Source of the DNA: a virus
Length of the DNA: 64,000 bases
Virus record (IMG/VR): IMGVR_UViG_3300033149_004116
Coordinates: 36,023-100,022 of that record
Reading direction: 5' to 3' (one strand)
In this document: piece by piece, positions 18,733-28,575 of the stretch
How the letters are laid out: every line of letters begins with the position of its first letter
How positions within the stretch are numbered: the first letter of the stretch is position 1
Made by a program: the position numbers and the translations under genes
The notes under the pieces: generated by a model
Told to the model about the DNA's origin: nothing
Seen by the model: only the letters and a program-made list of their open reading frames with translations
Database searches by the model: none

Positions 18733-19610
18733 TTCAATAACTCCACAAGTTTATCTTTAAGGAGGTGGCGCTTATATACTTTTTGTTGTCCCGCTCTTGC
18801 AATTTCCTCCCTTTCCTCCTCATCCTCCAAATATTTCAATATCAATCTCTTTGCCTCTTTAATTGTGTCATAAGCAATATATTCCTTTCCTTTAACCAAA
18901 CATTTTTCTAGCCCAGTTCCAGTATCAGATATTAAGGCAGTTCTACTTGCTGGGGCTTCTATAGAACGCATATTTGGAGTTTTTCCCCTTACATAATGAG
19001 CATTAAGAATTAATTTTGATGAAGAATATGCTTTATATAATTCATCCCAATAAATGGCATTTCCCGCCCAATTGGGAGTCTTTTTGCTCCAAGAATTTCC
19101 CCATATTTTTGAAGTCCAAGGCATATTTCGCATAATATTAATTATTCTTTTGCTCCTCTCTGGATGTGATGTGCCACAAAAAACCAAATCTGACTTATAT
19201 TTTTCATCTGTAGTTTCTATTCTTCTATGAATATCCGAATCGATTCCAGTAGCCATCCAAGGATGACCCCATCCTTCTTCAACTACATAATATTTATCAT
19301 ATACATCAATATAATCATCAAAGTCTGAATATCTAAGAGGGGAATCAAACCACCACAAGACTTTTTTTGCTGGAATATCTTTAATAACATTAGGATATAA
19401 TCCCCTTCCTTTGATAGATAGAATATAATCAAAATCTATTGCCTTGGTTATTTCTTCTAGATATTCATTTGTATATTTTGCTCCATAATTATATATTAAA
19501 GCTCTATGATCGAATCTATATATCATAAATCCCATTTTTTGGAGAACGTGATAAATAACATGAGAATATGCGCCCATTTGATAAGTAGAAATCAATAATA
19601 TATTTTTCAT
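18729..19610 (-). CDS. CgeB/Glyco_trans_1_2-type glycosyltransferase
   Basis: WWFDSP, DLVFCGT, YSSSKLILN, PNMRSIE and EIARAGQ..H. Confidence 0.85.
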   Translation of the reverse strand: MKNILLISTYQMGAYSHVIYHVLQKMGFMIYRFDHRALIYNYGAKYTNEYLEEITKAIDFDYILSIKGRGLYPNVIKDIPAKKVLWWFDSPLRYSDFDDYIDVYDKYYVVEEGWGHPWMATGIDSDIHRRIETTDEKYKSDLVFCGTSHPERSKRIINIMRNMPWTSKIWGNSWSKKTPNWAGNAIYWDELYKAYSSSKLILNAHYVRGKTPNMRSIEAPASRTALISDTGTGLEKCLVKGKEYIAYDTIKEAKRLILKYLEDEEEREEIARAGQQKVYKRHLLKDKLVELLK

Positions 19611-19623
19611 TTTTGTTCTCTCC

Positions 19624-20025
19624 TTAAATTTTATACCTTTTTGGATAATTAAAATCTTTTATTATTTTTTCACATTTTTCTTCTATCATAAGGTCAAACC
19701 CTCTCACAGCTTAATCTCGATGTTGATTGATTAATGTTTCCTATTGGTGGAAATCTTTTTCTGTTAAATGATGTTCTTTTATATTTTCCTTCCATCCATA
19801 GCTCCAACAAGCTCCCTTCCAGCTTTCTGGATTTCTCAGAGATCGTGGCAGAATGTGATATAAACCATTCATAGCTTCATCCTCTTGATACTTGTCTCTT
19901 CCGGAATAACAATAAATTTTATCGTGTCGTCTCAACATATTACAGAAAAGCGTAAGTCCGCCGTGAGGATAGCCAATTATATATATAGGCTTGAAAGGTA
20001 TAAAATCTGCTTTTAGACTTCTAAT
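19624..20025 (-). pseudogene. Internally deleted sulfotransferase-like remnant
   Basis: Frame upstream of the listed ORF reads PIYIIGYPHGGLTLFCNMLRRHDKI, resembling the PAPS-binding loop IFIxGxPRSGTTLL..L..HP. Stop at 19741; a short C-terminal-like piece MIEEKCEKIIKDFNY follows. Confidence 0.5.
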
Positions 20026-20026
20026 C

Positions 20027-20530
20027 TTATTGCTCCCTCCAAATGAAATCTTGATAAATTCCTCGTCCAGTTTTGATGACTTCTAATATTTCCTCAAAAC
20101 TAACTGGATATCCTCGCCAGACATCAACACCTACATTAATTACAATTTTCGACCCCCTTCTTCGCACCTTCCATTTTTCGTGAATATGACCACAGAGATT
20201 GTATTTAAATCTAAAATCTGGCTCGTGACTTATATGCCAATCAATTCCTCCATAATTTATAGTTGCCGAATTGATGACTGCATATTTATTTAATCGATCA
20301 TGACTGCCTTTAATAAAGATAATATAACCATTAAGCGAATCAATAAAGTGTTGAACGTTCTTAAATGCAAAATCACCAAGATGAATAACCAAGTCGTCTT
20401 TGGCGACTCTTTCGTTCCATCGTCGTATCAGTTCTTGATTCATATGTTCGACACTTTTAAACGGTCTTTTACAGTAGGTAATAATATTTTTATGTGAGAA
20501 ATGATGATCTGATGTCACAAATTTCCTCAT
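20027..20530 (-). CDS. Calcineurin-like metallophosphoesterase
   Basis: SDHHFSH, HLGDF, GSHD and CGHIH. Confidence 0.9.
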   Translation of the reverse strand: MRKFVTSDHHFSHKNIITYCKRPFKSVEHMNQELIRRWNERVAKDDLVIHLGDFAFKNVQHFIDSLNGYIIFIKGSHDRLNKYAVINSATINYGGIDWHISHEPDFRFKYNLCGHIHEKWKVRRRGSKIVINVGVDVWRGYPVSFEEILEVIKTGRGIYQDFIWREQ

Positions 20531-20554
20531 ATTATCTCACAATTTCTTATAATT

Positions 20555-21241
20555 TTAATCGTCACTTCTTTCTCCAATTACCAATAGATTTCCAAACCAG
20601 TCCAAACCCATAGCCAAGCAAATTCTTTCCTGAAATTCATTAATTGATCTCATTTCGTCAGCTTTGTTGGGTTCTCTCCTCATTCTATCTTCTCTCAAAG
20701 CATGATAACCCTTCCCCCGCCATATCTGGACTTTTTCAAAGTCAAAATGTTTGCAAAGTCCATATAGAAATTCATAAGAGTAAAAGGTAGTATGTTGAGG
20801 ATCAACAAACATATAATCAAAACACAAAGGATTTGGAGTCATTATTATGATTTTATTATCAATATAAGGATTTAAAGTTTTAATAGTGGTATATGCCTCC
20901 TCCAATTTCATATGTTCCATAATATTTAACATTATTAAAGCATCAAATTCTCTTATTCTCCTTCCTATGATAAATTCATCTACGTCTTTAAAGAGGGGGA
21001 AGTTAGTTACGAGCGATGGGTCATTATCTATCCCCACATACTCCCCCGAAAAATTATTGGGCAATAGTGCCTCATTATACAGGTTTCCTCTGCCACATCC
21101 AAAATCTACTATCTTCATTTTCGGAGCCAACTCAGACAAAATTAGAGGATATTCGTGTTTGAATGACGGATATGAATAAATAGGCTGTAACTTATTTCTA
21201 TATTTCATTAGTTCCCCATATGGGACTTTAGTGATGTTCAT
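20555..21241 (-). CDS. Class I SAM-dependent methyltransferase
   Basis: IVDFGCGRG, EH, TPNP and DPQH. Confidence 0.85.
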   Translation of the reverse strand: MNITKVPYGELMKYRNKLQPIYSYPSFKHEYPLILSELAPKMKIVDFGCGRGNLYNEALLPNNFSGEYVGIDNDPSLVTNFPLFKDVDEFIIGRRIREFDALIMLNIMEHMKLEEAYTTIKTLNPYIDNKIIIMTPNPLCFDYMFVDPQHTTFYSYEFLYGLCKHFDFEKVQIWRGKGYHALREDRMRREPNKADEMRSINEFQERICLAMGLDWFGNLLVIGERSDD

Positions 21242-21242
21242 A

Positions 21243-22247
21243 TTATTTTACCTTTACAGAATTGTATTTTAAGTTGAAAAATGCTTTGAGGCGCTTAATT
21301 CCCTCTTCAACCAAAATTGTCGGCTCCCAATCAAAAGCCTCCCTTGCTTTTTGAATATTTGAAATATAAATCTTCTGATCTGCGAGTCTCCAATTATGAT
21401 ATTTTATATTCTTGAATTCTTTATTGAAAAGTTTAATGAGTTCCAATACGGATATAGTATTTTTAAATCCCCCGCCAATGTTGAAAACTCCTCGTTCCTC
21501 GCTTTCAATAGCTTTATCAAACAAATTGACTAAATCATCTATGTATAGAATGTCTCTTACCTGCTTACCGTCACCAAAAATTTTTACAGTTCCTCCGCCT
21601 ATTATCAAATTTCCGAGATGATAAATCCATCCTTGATCTTCAGTTCCGCTCTGATCTGCTCCATATATACAGCTACATCTAAATACTTTATTATTTAAAC
21701 CATATATTTTCTCATAATCTTGAACGTATAAATCGCCCACGAGTTTGCTAACTCCATAAGGACTATGAATGCAACGATCTATTGGAAAATCTTCTCCGAT
21801 TGAAAACGTCTTATCAATAAATTCATATCTTGTTGATGTTTCTTCTATGGGAATCTTATTTACGTTATCTCCATAAACTTTATTTGTTGACATATAAATT
21901 ATCCCCGAATCGTTCTCTCTCGCGTATTCACACAATTCAAAAGTCCCCCTCGCATTATTTATAAAATCATATCTTGGATTCTTTAGGGAACGAGTTACAG
22001 CAGTTTGAGCGGCACAATGCAAAATTGTATCTATATCTCTCCCCATCTCCTTCCCCATCAAACCATTTATCCATCCAATATATTCTTTATGAATACATCT
22101 AATTCCGTTCTCGGCTAGAATTGAAGTTCTGTGGTTTCCGACATCATCTCGTCTATTATCTATAACTGCGACTTCATAGCCCTCCCCTTTAAAATGTAAA
22201 GCCAAATTAGAGCCTATAAATCCAAGCCCTCCAGTTATGAATATCAT
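21243..22247 (-). CDS. NAD-dependent epimerase/dehydratase (CDP-paratose 2-epimerase-like SDR)
   Basis: TGGLGFIG, STNKVYG, SPYGVSK, EDQGW and GDGKQVRD. Confidence 0.9.
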   Translation of the reverse strand: MIFITGGLGFIGSNLALHFKGEGYEVAVIDNRRDDVGNHRTSILAENGIRCIHKEYIGWINGLMGKEMGRDIDTILHCAAQTAVTRSLKNPRYDFINNARGTFELCEYARENDSGIIYMSTNKVYGDNVNKIPIEETSTRYEFIDKTFSIGEDFPIDRCIHSPYGVSKLVGDLYVQDYEKIYGLNNKVFRCSCIYGADQSGTEDQGWIYHLGNLIIGGGTVKIFGDGKQVRDILYIDDLVNLFDKAIESEERGVFNIGGGFKNTISVLELIKLFNKEFKNIKYHNWRLADQKIYISNIQKAREAFDWEPTILVEEGIKRLKAFFNLKYNSVKVK

Positions 22248-23219
22248 CTAAATCTCCTCCAACAATCTGGAGAGAACATCCTTTCCTTTTTCATTCCTTC
22301 TTTCAGCCTCTTCTTGCATAAAAGAGAAGCATTTCATATTTAAGTCTTTTCTTTTAGTCTCAGATAGATTAACAATTTTCTTGATTTTTTCTGCCACTTC
22401 AAGAGGATTGTCCAAATTTTTGACTAAAAGATATTTCCACAACTTTTTATCTACCCATGATGTCATAACTGTAGATATTAAGCAAGGTCTTTCCATCGCA
22501 AAATGTTCTGCAACAACGTAATCAAAAGTTTCGGCATAGGTAACTTGAAGCCCTAATTTCATGGTTTGAATTGACTTGAAATAATTTTCTTGACTCATCC
22601 ATCCCATATCAGTAAAACGCAACTTTATTAATTGTGCAAAAAATTTATATCTCGGCTGAAGACCACTAAAATGTAGATGAACATCTGCTTTTTGCGCCCC
22701 GTGAATTTGTACCAGAGGGTTTTTTCTTGTATCTAGAGGACAAAATATGTCCACCCAATCCTTCCCCATTTCTAATGTATTGTCTTTAAATTTTTGTATA
22801 TTATTCCAATCAAAAGCATAAGGCAGATAAATCAGCTTCTCTTTTGGAATGAATTGTTTGAATAAATCAAAGTTTTGAGGAGTGCCTAAAACAACATAAT
22901 CTAGCAATTTGCTCATAACTATGTCCTTAATTAGGTGAATATAAGAAATTTCCATTCCGTTATTGGAGAAATCCATCTGACCGACGCTCGAAGTCCAGAA
23001 AAGCGCTGTAGGAATATTATGAATATAAAGTCTTTGTAATGCCTCGTAATAGATTGGATGCCACCCTCCCAATATCACCAATTTTCTGCCATCTACAGTT
23101 TCTTTGGATATTTCATCCGTATGTTGTGTTAATCCAGTTACATCATAGTGTTTTAATACCGAAGTAACCCCAGGATAGCTTTTAGGACACACGGTTATTA
23201 TCGGTTTGATTTCTCCCAT
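22248..23219 (-). CDS. Divergent GT-B glycosyltransferase
   Basis: RKNPL, GWM and LQVTYAETFDYVVAEH..PCL. Confidence 0.7.
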   Translation of the reverse strand: MGEIKPIITVCPKSYPGVTSVLKHYDVTGLTQHTDEISKETVDGRKLVILGGWHPIYYEALQRLYIHNIPTALFWTSSVGQMDFSNNGMEISYIHLIKDIVMSKLLDYVVLGTPQNFDLFKQFIPKEKLIYLPYAFDWNNIQKFKDNTLEMGKDWVDIFCPLDTRKNPLVQIHGAQKADVHLHFSGLQPRYKFFAQLIKLRFTDMGWMSQENYFKSIQTMKLGLQVTYAETFDYVVAEHFAMERPCLISTVMTSWVDKKLWKYLLVKNLDNPLEVAEKIKKIVNLSETKRKDLNMKCFSFMQEEAERRNEKGKDVLSRLLEEI

Positions 23220-23543
23220 CTATTTAGCCTCATAAACCAATATTTCTCTCAAGTGAGGGACTATGTAAACTCTATTTTTTAAATAGAAGATTGGATATGT
23301 AAAATTCTTTATTTTTCTTTTAATCATTTTTTGGGGAATTAAAATTACAAATGGTTCTGTTTTAGCTTCTCCCCTCGCCTTTGCTATTTCATATATTATT
23401 TTCTTTTTAACGCCTTTTGATAGAACAAAATAGTTAAATTTGACAGTATAAATTACGTTGTCCGTCTCTTTGCCCTCACAAGTGGATATTTTATCATAAT
23501 AATAAATTTTACTATCCTCATATGCGTCGATATTTACAGCCAA
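23220..23543 (-). CDS. Hypothetical protein
   Basis: In-operon ORF with a TTG start after a GAGGT SD. Confidence 0.5.
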   Translation of the reverse strand: MAVNIDAYEDSKIYYYDKISTCEGKETDNVIYTVKFNYFVLSKGVKKKIIYEIAKARGEAKTEPFVILIPQKMIKRKIKNFTYPIFYLKNRVYIVPHLREILVYEAK

Positions 23544-23544
23544 T

Positions 23545-24618
23545 TTATATTACCTCCTCAAAAGCTTCAATATATTTATCTCCAATTTTTTCTACTGAAT
23601 AATTTTCAACAACCCATTCTCTTCCCTTCTTTGCCTCTTTATAAGAATCTTCATTTTTAAGGACAGAAACAATTGCATCAATATCGCCCTGCTGAACAAA
23701 TGTAATGTCTGGACTTTGCCCCCACATTTCCATCAAAGATTTGCTCGTGCTTGCTAATACAGGTTTGTAACAAAGTAATGCTTCCCCAGCACAATATCCC
23801 ATTTGTTCTTTCCACACGGGAGTGTCTAGACTGTGGAATATGAATATATCAGCCCAATTATATATTTTTGGGAGTCTTTCGTATTCAGTCCAAGATTCTA
23901 ATAGTACCCTCTTGCCGTATTCGGGATGCTGCAAAATGATTTCATTCATATTCCCCCTGCCCCCAACAAACTTCAATATATAATTTTCACCCAATTTATC
24001 AAAGGCTCTTAAAATCACTTCTATTCCTTTTTCTTTTACAAGTCTTCCAACGTATAGTATTTTCTTCGGTTCCTTCCTCTCCTCAAAATGAATTTTAGGT
24101 TCTGGAACAAAAAGTTCTACATCCAAGCCTGTTTGTGGAAGTTGTATGACTCGTTTTGCTCCCTTTTCCAACAATATTCTTGATGCATCCTTATTGCCTC
24201 CAATTGCCAAATTTGCCTCTTTGATGACACAACTCTCCATCGTTCTCCAAGGCTGTGGATACGCCTTTCTGATATTTTCCCAAGTAAAAAAGGAGAAAGG
24301 TATATCAAAAAGTTTAGATACACCAAGTGCATTATATGCACAATAAGTAAATGGTTCTTGCATACAATAAATAATGTCTGGACTAAAATCTTTAATAATT
24401 TCGTGTAACTGAGGGAAATACCAAAAATTGGATATACTAGAGAAATAAGGGGGAAATAATTTTAATTCAAATCCGTTCCTTTTAATGGGATGATAGGTTT
24501 CCCCCGCATAATTTGGAATACATATAGAGAGAACTTTATGCCCGCGATTGGCTATATATTCCCACATTTTTCTTTGCCTATAATGCGCTCCAGAGTGGGA
24601 AATGAGAAGTATTCTCAT
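23545..24618 (-). CDS. Glycosyltransferase, GT4 family
   Basis: YVGRLVKEKG and WKEQMGY..GEA. Confidence 0.9.
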   Translation of the reverse strand: MRILLISHSGAHYRQRKMWEYIANRGHKVLSICIPNYAGETYHPIKRNGFELKLFPPYFSSISNFWYFPQLHEIIKDFSPDIIYCMQEPFTYCAYNALGVSKLFDIPFSFFTWENIRKAYPQPWRTMESCVIKEANLAIGGNKDASRILLEKGAKRVIQLPQTGLDVELFVPEPKIHFEERKEPKKILYVGRLVKEKGIEVILRAFDKLGENYILKFVGGRGNMNEIILQHPEYGKRVLLESWTEYERLPKIYNWADIFIFHSLDTPVWKEQMGYCAGEALLCYKPVLASTSKSLMEMWGQSPDITFVQQGDIDAIVSVLKNEDSYKEAKKGREWVVENYSVEKIGDKYIEAFEEVI

Positions 24619-24619
24619 A

Positions 24620-25030
24620 TTACTGCGCCACCCACAGCCCCTCGCCGCGAGGTATTGAAGTTATTTCGTCCTTTTTTGCGCCCACAACATCTTCCAATTT
24701 AAACCATCCTTTTATATAAGTTTCCTCTCCTAGTGGCAATGCTTTAATATAAATTTTGTCGGGGTTAATCATTTTTCTTCTCCTTCTAGCCGCGTCTTGT
24801 AATATATTAATTATCTGAGACTTATATTTAATAACTATTGACTCCTTTGTTAAGTTGCTTGTTTCAACTTGAAAGCATACAGCAACTATTTCATCATCTG
24901 ACTTTAGAAAGTCGGATAGTCTATTAAGACTGTATTCTATCAGGGGATATCTTGTCTTTAGAACCTCCCTCTCCTCCTTTTTATCTTTTATTTTCATCCC
25001 TCTTTTCTTCTTCTTTTTTCCTCTTGCCAT
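24620..25030 (-). CDS. Hypothetical protein (true start possibly 24997)
   Basis: In-operon ORF. Confidence 0.5.
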   Translation of the reverse strand: MARGKKKKKRGMKIKDKKEEREVLKTRYPLIEYSLNRLSDFLKSDDEIVAVCFQVETSNLTKESIVIKYKSQIINILQDAARRRRKMINPDKIYIKALPLGEETYIKGWFKLEDVVGAKKDEITSIPRGEGLWVAQ

Positions 25031-25127
25031 TTTTGGGCATCCTCCACATTTATTTCAATTGTCTTGTTCCCACTATTTATTACCAAAATAATGCTTGGGT
25101 CGAAAACGTTTAAAAATATTTTTCTTT

Positions 25128-26291
25128 TCATATATCATTCCTCAAATCAAGTTCATAATACAATTTGGTAAAATCATCTCCCGCTCTTCTGGAATCAAAA
25201 TTTCTTCTGACATAATCGTATCCTTCCTTTGCCATTTTATATCTTTTTTTGGGCAATAATAACATATCTACAATCTTCTCTGCAAGTTCTACGTGATTTC
25301 TTGGTTCAAACATTTCTCCACCATATTTTAAAAGTTCTGGAATTGAACCCGTTCTCGAACAAATTACAGGCGTTCCGCACGCTAAAGCTTCGAGCCATAT
25401 GAGACCAACAGTTTCCTCCCATATCGAGGGAAAAACTACAATTGCAGATTCATTATAAGTTCCCCTGAGACTTTCTGGTGGCATACGTTCTACAAAGTGA
25501 ACATTCATTAAATTTAAACTTTTCGCTAGATTAACTACCAAATCCAAACTTCTATAATCGCCCTGAGCCACTAGATGTGCCATAGGAAGTCTCTTATTAA
25601 CCATCTTCCACGCTTTAAGCAAAACTTGAATGCCTTTGTGAGCAATATAATTTCCCGCAAAAAATACCTGCCAAGGATTTTTATTAACATTTTTCATTAT
25701 ATTAAAAAATTCCAAATCAATCCAAGGTTTAATAATTTTCCATTTCCCAACCAATAAATTGTTGTCCTCGAATATCTTGATGTGTCGTTCTGATGGGACG
25801 ATTCCAGCATCACATTTGTTAATTATTTCTCTTTGTCTTCTCGTCATCTCATAATTATATCTTCCAACACATTTTATACACTTGTCAGCATTAATCTTAT
25901 AGCACGCGTCATAATCCATTGCTTGCCATACTCTTATCATAAATCTTTGTGGGCAAAGTGTCCAAAAATCGTGAAAGACCCATACTGTAGGAATTCCCAT
26001 TTTCTGGGCTTCCTCAATCCCCCTCGTTCCGATAAATTGGTTGTTATGGAGTTGGACAACATTTATATCAAAATCTTCTATTATCTTCCTCGTTAGAGGT
26101 TTTATTTTTCCCTTTTCTACCTGCCATAGATGTAATTTTCCATCTCCTCTCAATTCGTGTTTGGGGTGTCCAACAAACATAAAGTGAATGGAGTTTATAT
26201 CATTTCTCTTAACTAATGCATCCAATAATCCTCTAATCCGATTTTCAGCGCCTCCCGCCGTCAAAAATGGGTTTTGAAGCAACACATTCAA
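25128..26291 (-). CDS. Glycosyltransferase, GT4 family
   Basis: GGAE, HDFW.LCP, HKG and PSIWEETVGL..LEALACGTPVI. Confidence 0.92.
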   Translation of the reverse strand: MNVLLQNPFLTAGGAENRIRGLLDALVKRNDINSIHFMFVGHPKHELRGDGKLHLWQVEKGKIKPLTRKIIEDFDINVVQLHNNQFIGTRGIEEAQKMGIPTVWVFHDFWTLCPQRFMIRVWQAMDYDACYKINADKCIKCVGRYNYEMTRRQREIINKCDAGIVPSERHIKIFEDNNLLVGKWKIIKPWIDLEFFNIMKNVNKNPWQVFFAGNYIAHKGIQVLLKAWKMVNKRLPMAHLVAQGDYRSLDLVVNLAKSLNLMNVHFVERMPPESLRGTYNESAIVVFPSIWEETVGLIWLEALACGTPVICSRTGSIPELLKYGGEMFEPRNHVELAEKIVDMLLLPKKRYKMAKEGYDYVRRNFDSRRAGDDFTKLYYELDLRNDI

Positions 26292-26542
26292 GACTTATCG
26301 CCCCATTTGTTTTTCCTCACCAATAACATTTTCAAACAATTGGCTAAGTCTTCCATTGCAGGTCTTTGATATTCCGTCACCAATTCGTATTCCTCAAAAT
26401 ATTTTTTGAAGTCCTCGTCATTCACATCATCAGGAAAGAGATCAAGCAAAAACGTCAACGATAAAACGTCAACTTTTGATTGCATGAAGACCATCGTTAT
26501 GTCAATCAAATCTGACATTTTCACACTTACTTCTCTACTCAA
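26288..26542 (-). CDS. Hypothetical protein
   Basis: In-operon ORF. Confidence 0.45.
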   Translation of the reverse strand: MSREVSVKMSDLIDITMVFMQSKVDVLSLTFLLDLFPDDVNDEDFKKYFEEYELVTEYQRPAMEDLANCLKMLLVRKNKWGDKS

Positions 26543-27734
26543 TACGATCCCTCAAATATTCGTCAAATTGTTTAACAATAATGTTTATATCATATACTTC
26601 TCTCGCTCTTTTTACTCCTCTCTCGGACATTGCCTTCTTCTCGTCTGGATTTTCTATCAACCATTTCATTTGTTCATAAGCATGATCAACATCGGCTAAT
26701 GCTCTATCAACTCCCGCGCTTCCAGTTTCAAACGTTTCAACCTTGACGGGGAGTCCACAAGTCCAATTCCCAAGTATTTCTTTCGAAGTTGTATATGTCG
26801 TTGCAACGTTAGCACAGCCACACGAGAGAGATTCGGTTAAAGTTAGCCCCCACCCCTCCCCGCCAGTTAAGTAACAAAATATATCTATACAGTTATAGAC
26901 CTCCGCTAATGTTTCCTCAGAAACTCCATACATAAAATTTGCCATCATATCGGGCGAGGGGAATATAACATCTTTCCCTTCCTGCAAGCCAAATCTCTTG
27001 ACTATAAAAGATAAATCCCATCCCTCCTTGTCAACTTTATCCATCCATAGAAGAAGAACAGTATTTGGATAATCTTTATGAAGTTTGACGAATGATTTGA
27101 TAGTTCTGGGGATTTTCTTTCGAGTTTGGTTTCGATCCACCCGTCCAATTACAATTTTGGATGGGGGTATTCCAAGTTTCTGTCTCATTTCTCCAATAGT
27201 TTGCTCATCCAAAGGTTTAAAGATATTTGTCTTGACTCCATGAGGAATTTGATCGGTTTGTATTCCCTCCGCTTTAATCAAGTCCGCGCCGTATTTTGAA
27301 ATACACACCTTATAATCCACTCTTTTCAATATCTCTTTTATTTGATCTGTTACTGGATATCCATCGATAGGAAACCAATACAACCAAGGGACGGGAATCT
27401 CTGTTTTATATAAATAAGAGATCATCCAGAAATCAGCAAGCGTTATCAGAACATCTGGATTTTCCTTTGGAAGCCAATATTTGATTGCTCTCTCCCCGAA
27501 TCTGTCTCCATAAATATTTGGAAGAATCCTATAACCCAAGACATCCTTATGAAAGGAGGCAACCATTTCCTGACCAAAGGATTGCCATCCTATGTGAGCA
27601 ACATCATGTCCAACTTTATGAAGATATGTATCCAAATTTCTTAATGCAGTTCCAAAGCCAGATATGGTGTGTGATGATTGGTGTCCAAGAAGGGGATTCC
27701 TTACTTAGATATCACCCATCGTTAATATCTTCAT
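26535..27734 (-). CDS. GT4 glycosyltransferase in two exons (27711-27734 and 26535-27677) separated by a 33-nt BHB intron; 388 aa after splicing
   Basis: AAGGTGA SD and ATG at 27734 give MKILTMGD. Removing 27678-27710 joins it in frame to SSHTISGFGTALRNLDTYLHKVGHDV, restoring a typical GT4 N-terminus. RNQTRK and GEGWGL..E motifs downstream. Confidence 0.88.
27678..27710 (-). other. Archaeal bulge-helix-bulge micro-intron in an mRNA
   Basis: Minus strand GATG-GGTG-AT^A-TCTAAG..CTTGGA-CACC-AA^T-CATC: outer helix GATG/CATC, 4-bp central helix GGTG/CACC, 3-nt bulges ATA and AAT, inner helix TCTAAG/CTTGGA. Contains an in-frame TAA. Confidence 0.85.
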
Positions 27735-28522
27735 TTTTTCACCTTATCCCTCCTATATTGTCTTCTATTCCAATATCCCTTTTCTTTTAATTTCATATAT
27801 TTTTTCCACTTCCTCTCTCCATATATTGTAGCATCATTATATATCCAATCTAGTAGTTTTCTTGCTTCTCTAGTTGCATATTTTATTTTATAAACACCTA
27901 TTTGTTTGTGACACGTTTTCAATCTTAATCCCAACAATTTGTTTATCATCGCTGAAATCCACGTTAAAAATTCTTTAGTTCCTATAATTTCTACTATCGT
28001 CCTATTTTGAACGTCATAAACTCCACCATCCCCATCAAAAACTCCTCGAAAGAAGTGCTTAAACATATTATTTGGAACGTCAATAATTCCTTGAGTTGAT
28101 GTTTTTCTCGGATGGACTCCTAGTTTTTCTAAGTCCTTATACATTTTAACGCTACCAATAGACAAGCGATAATAGAAATCTCCTAGTGTGTTTTTTGATT
28201 GTTTTGCATATTTTATCGGATGTTCTGAATCCATAGCCTTCCTTATTTTTTCTAAAATGTCTTTGTCAACAATATTTATTTGAATTTTTCGTCCCTCAAC
28301 TAAACATCCATCTGCTACTATAAATCCCAAACAATAGTAAGTGGACTCGGAAGACTTTTTAAAGAAGTCTTCATTTATAGCATATTTTCTATTATGGTGT
28401 GTCATTAACATACTATTTGTTTTAGTCTTATATAAATGTTTCCTTATCCACGTTTCTTGTTGAGTCAAAACGTTTCGAGAAGAGTTATCTTGCGAACTAT
28501 CACCAAGGGTTAAAATCTTCAT
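27731..28522 (-). mobile_element. Two-motif LAGLIDADG homing endonuclease, free-standing, beginning with a copy of the GT exon 1
   Basis: YCLGFIVADG and FFRGVFDGDG motifs; N-terminus MKILTLGDSSQ versus GT MKILTMGDSSH. Confidence 0.9.
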
Positions 28523-28575
28523 GTATTTTCTTATAATTAAAAGGAGAACTTATATAAAAAGATATTGGTTTTTAA

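Noticed and set aside
27678-28522. Intein interpretation of the LAGLIDADG ORF (..GHQ/S resembles an intein C-terminal junction)
   Set aside because: The endonuclease ORF stops at 27731, another stop precedes GHQ, and no Hint motifs are visible. The BHB intron explains the segment exactly.
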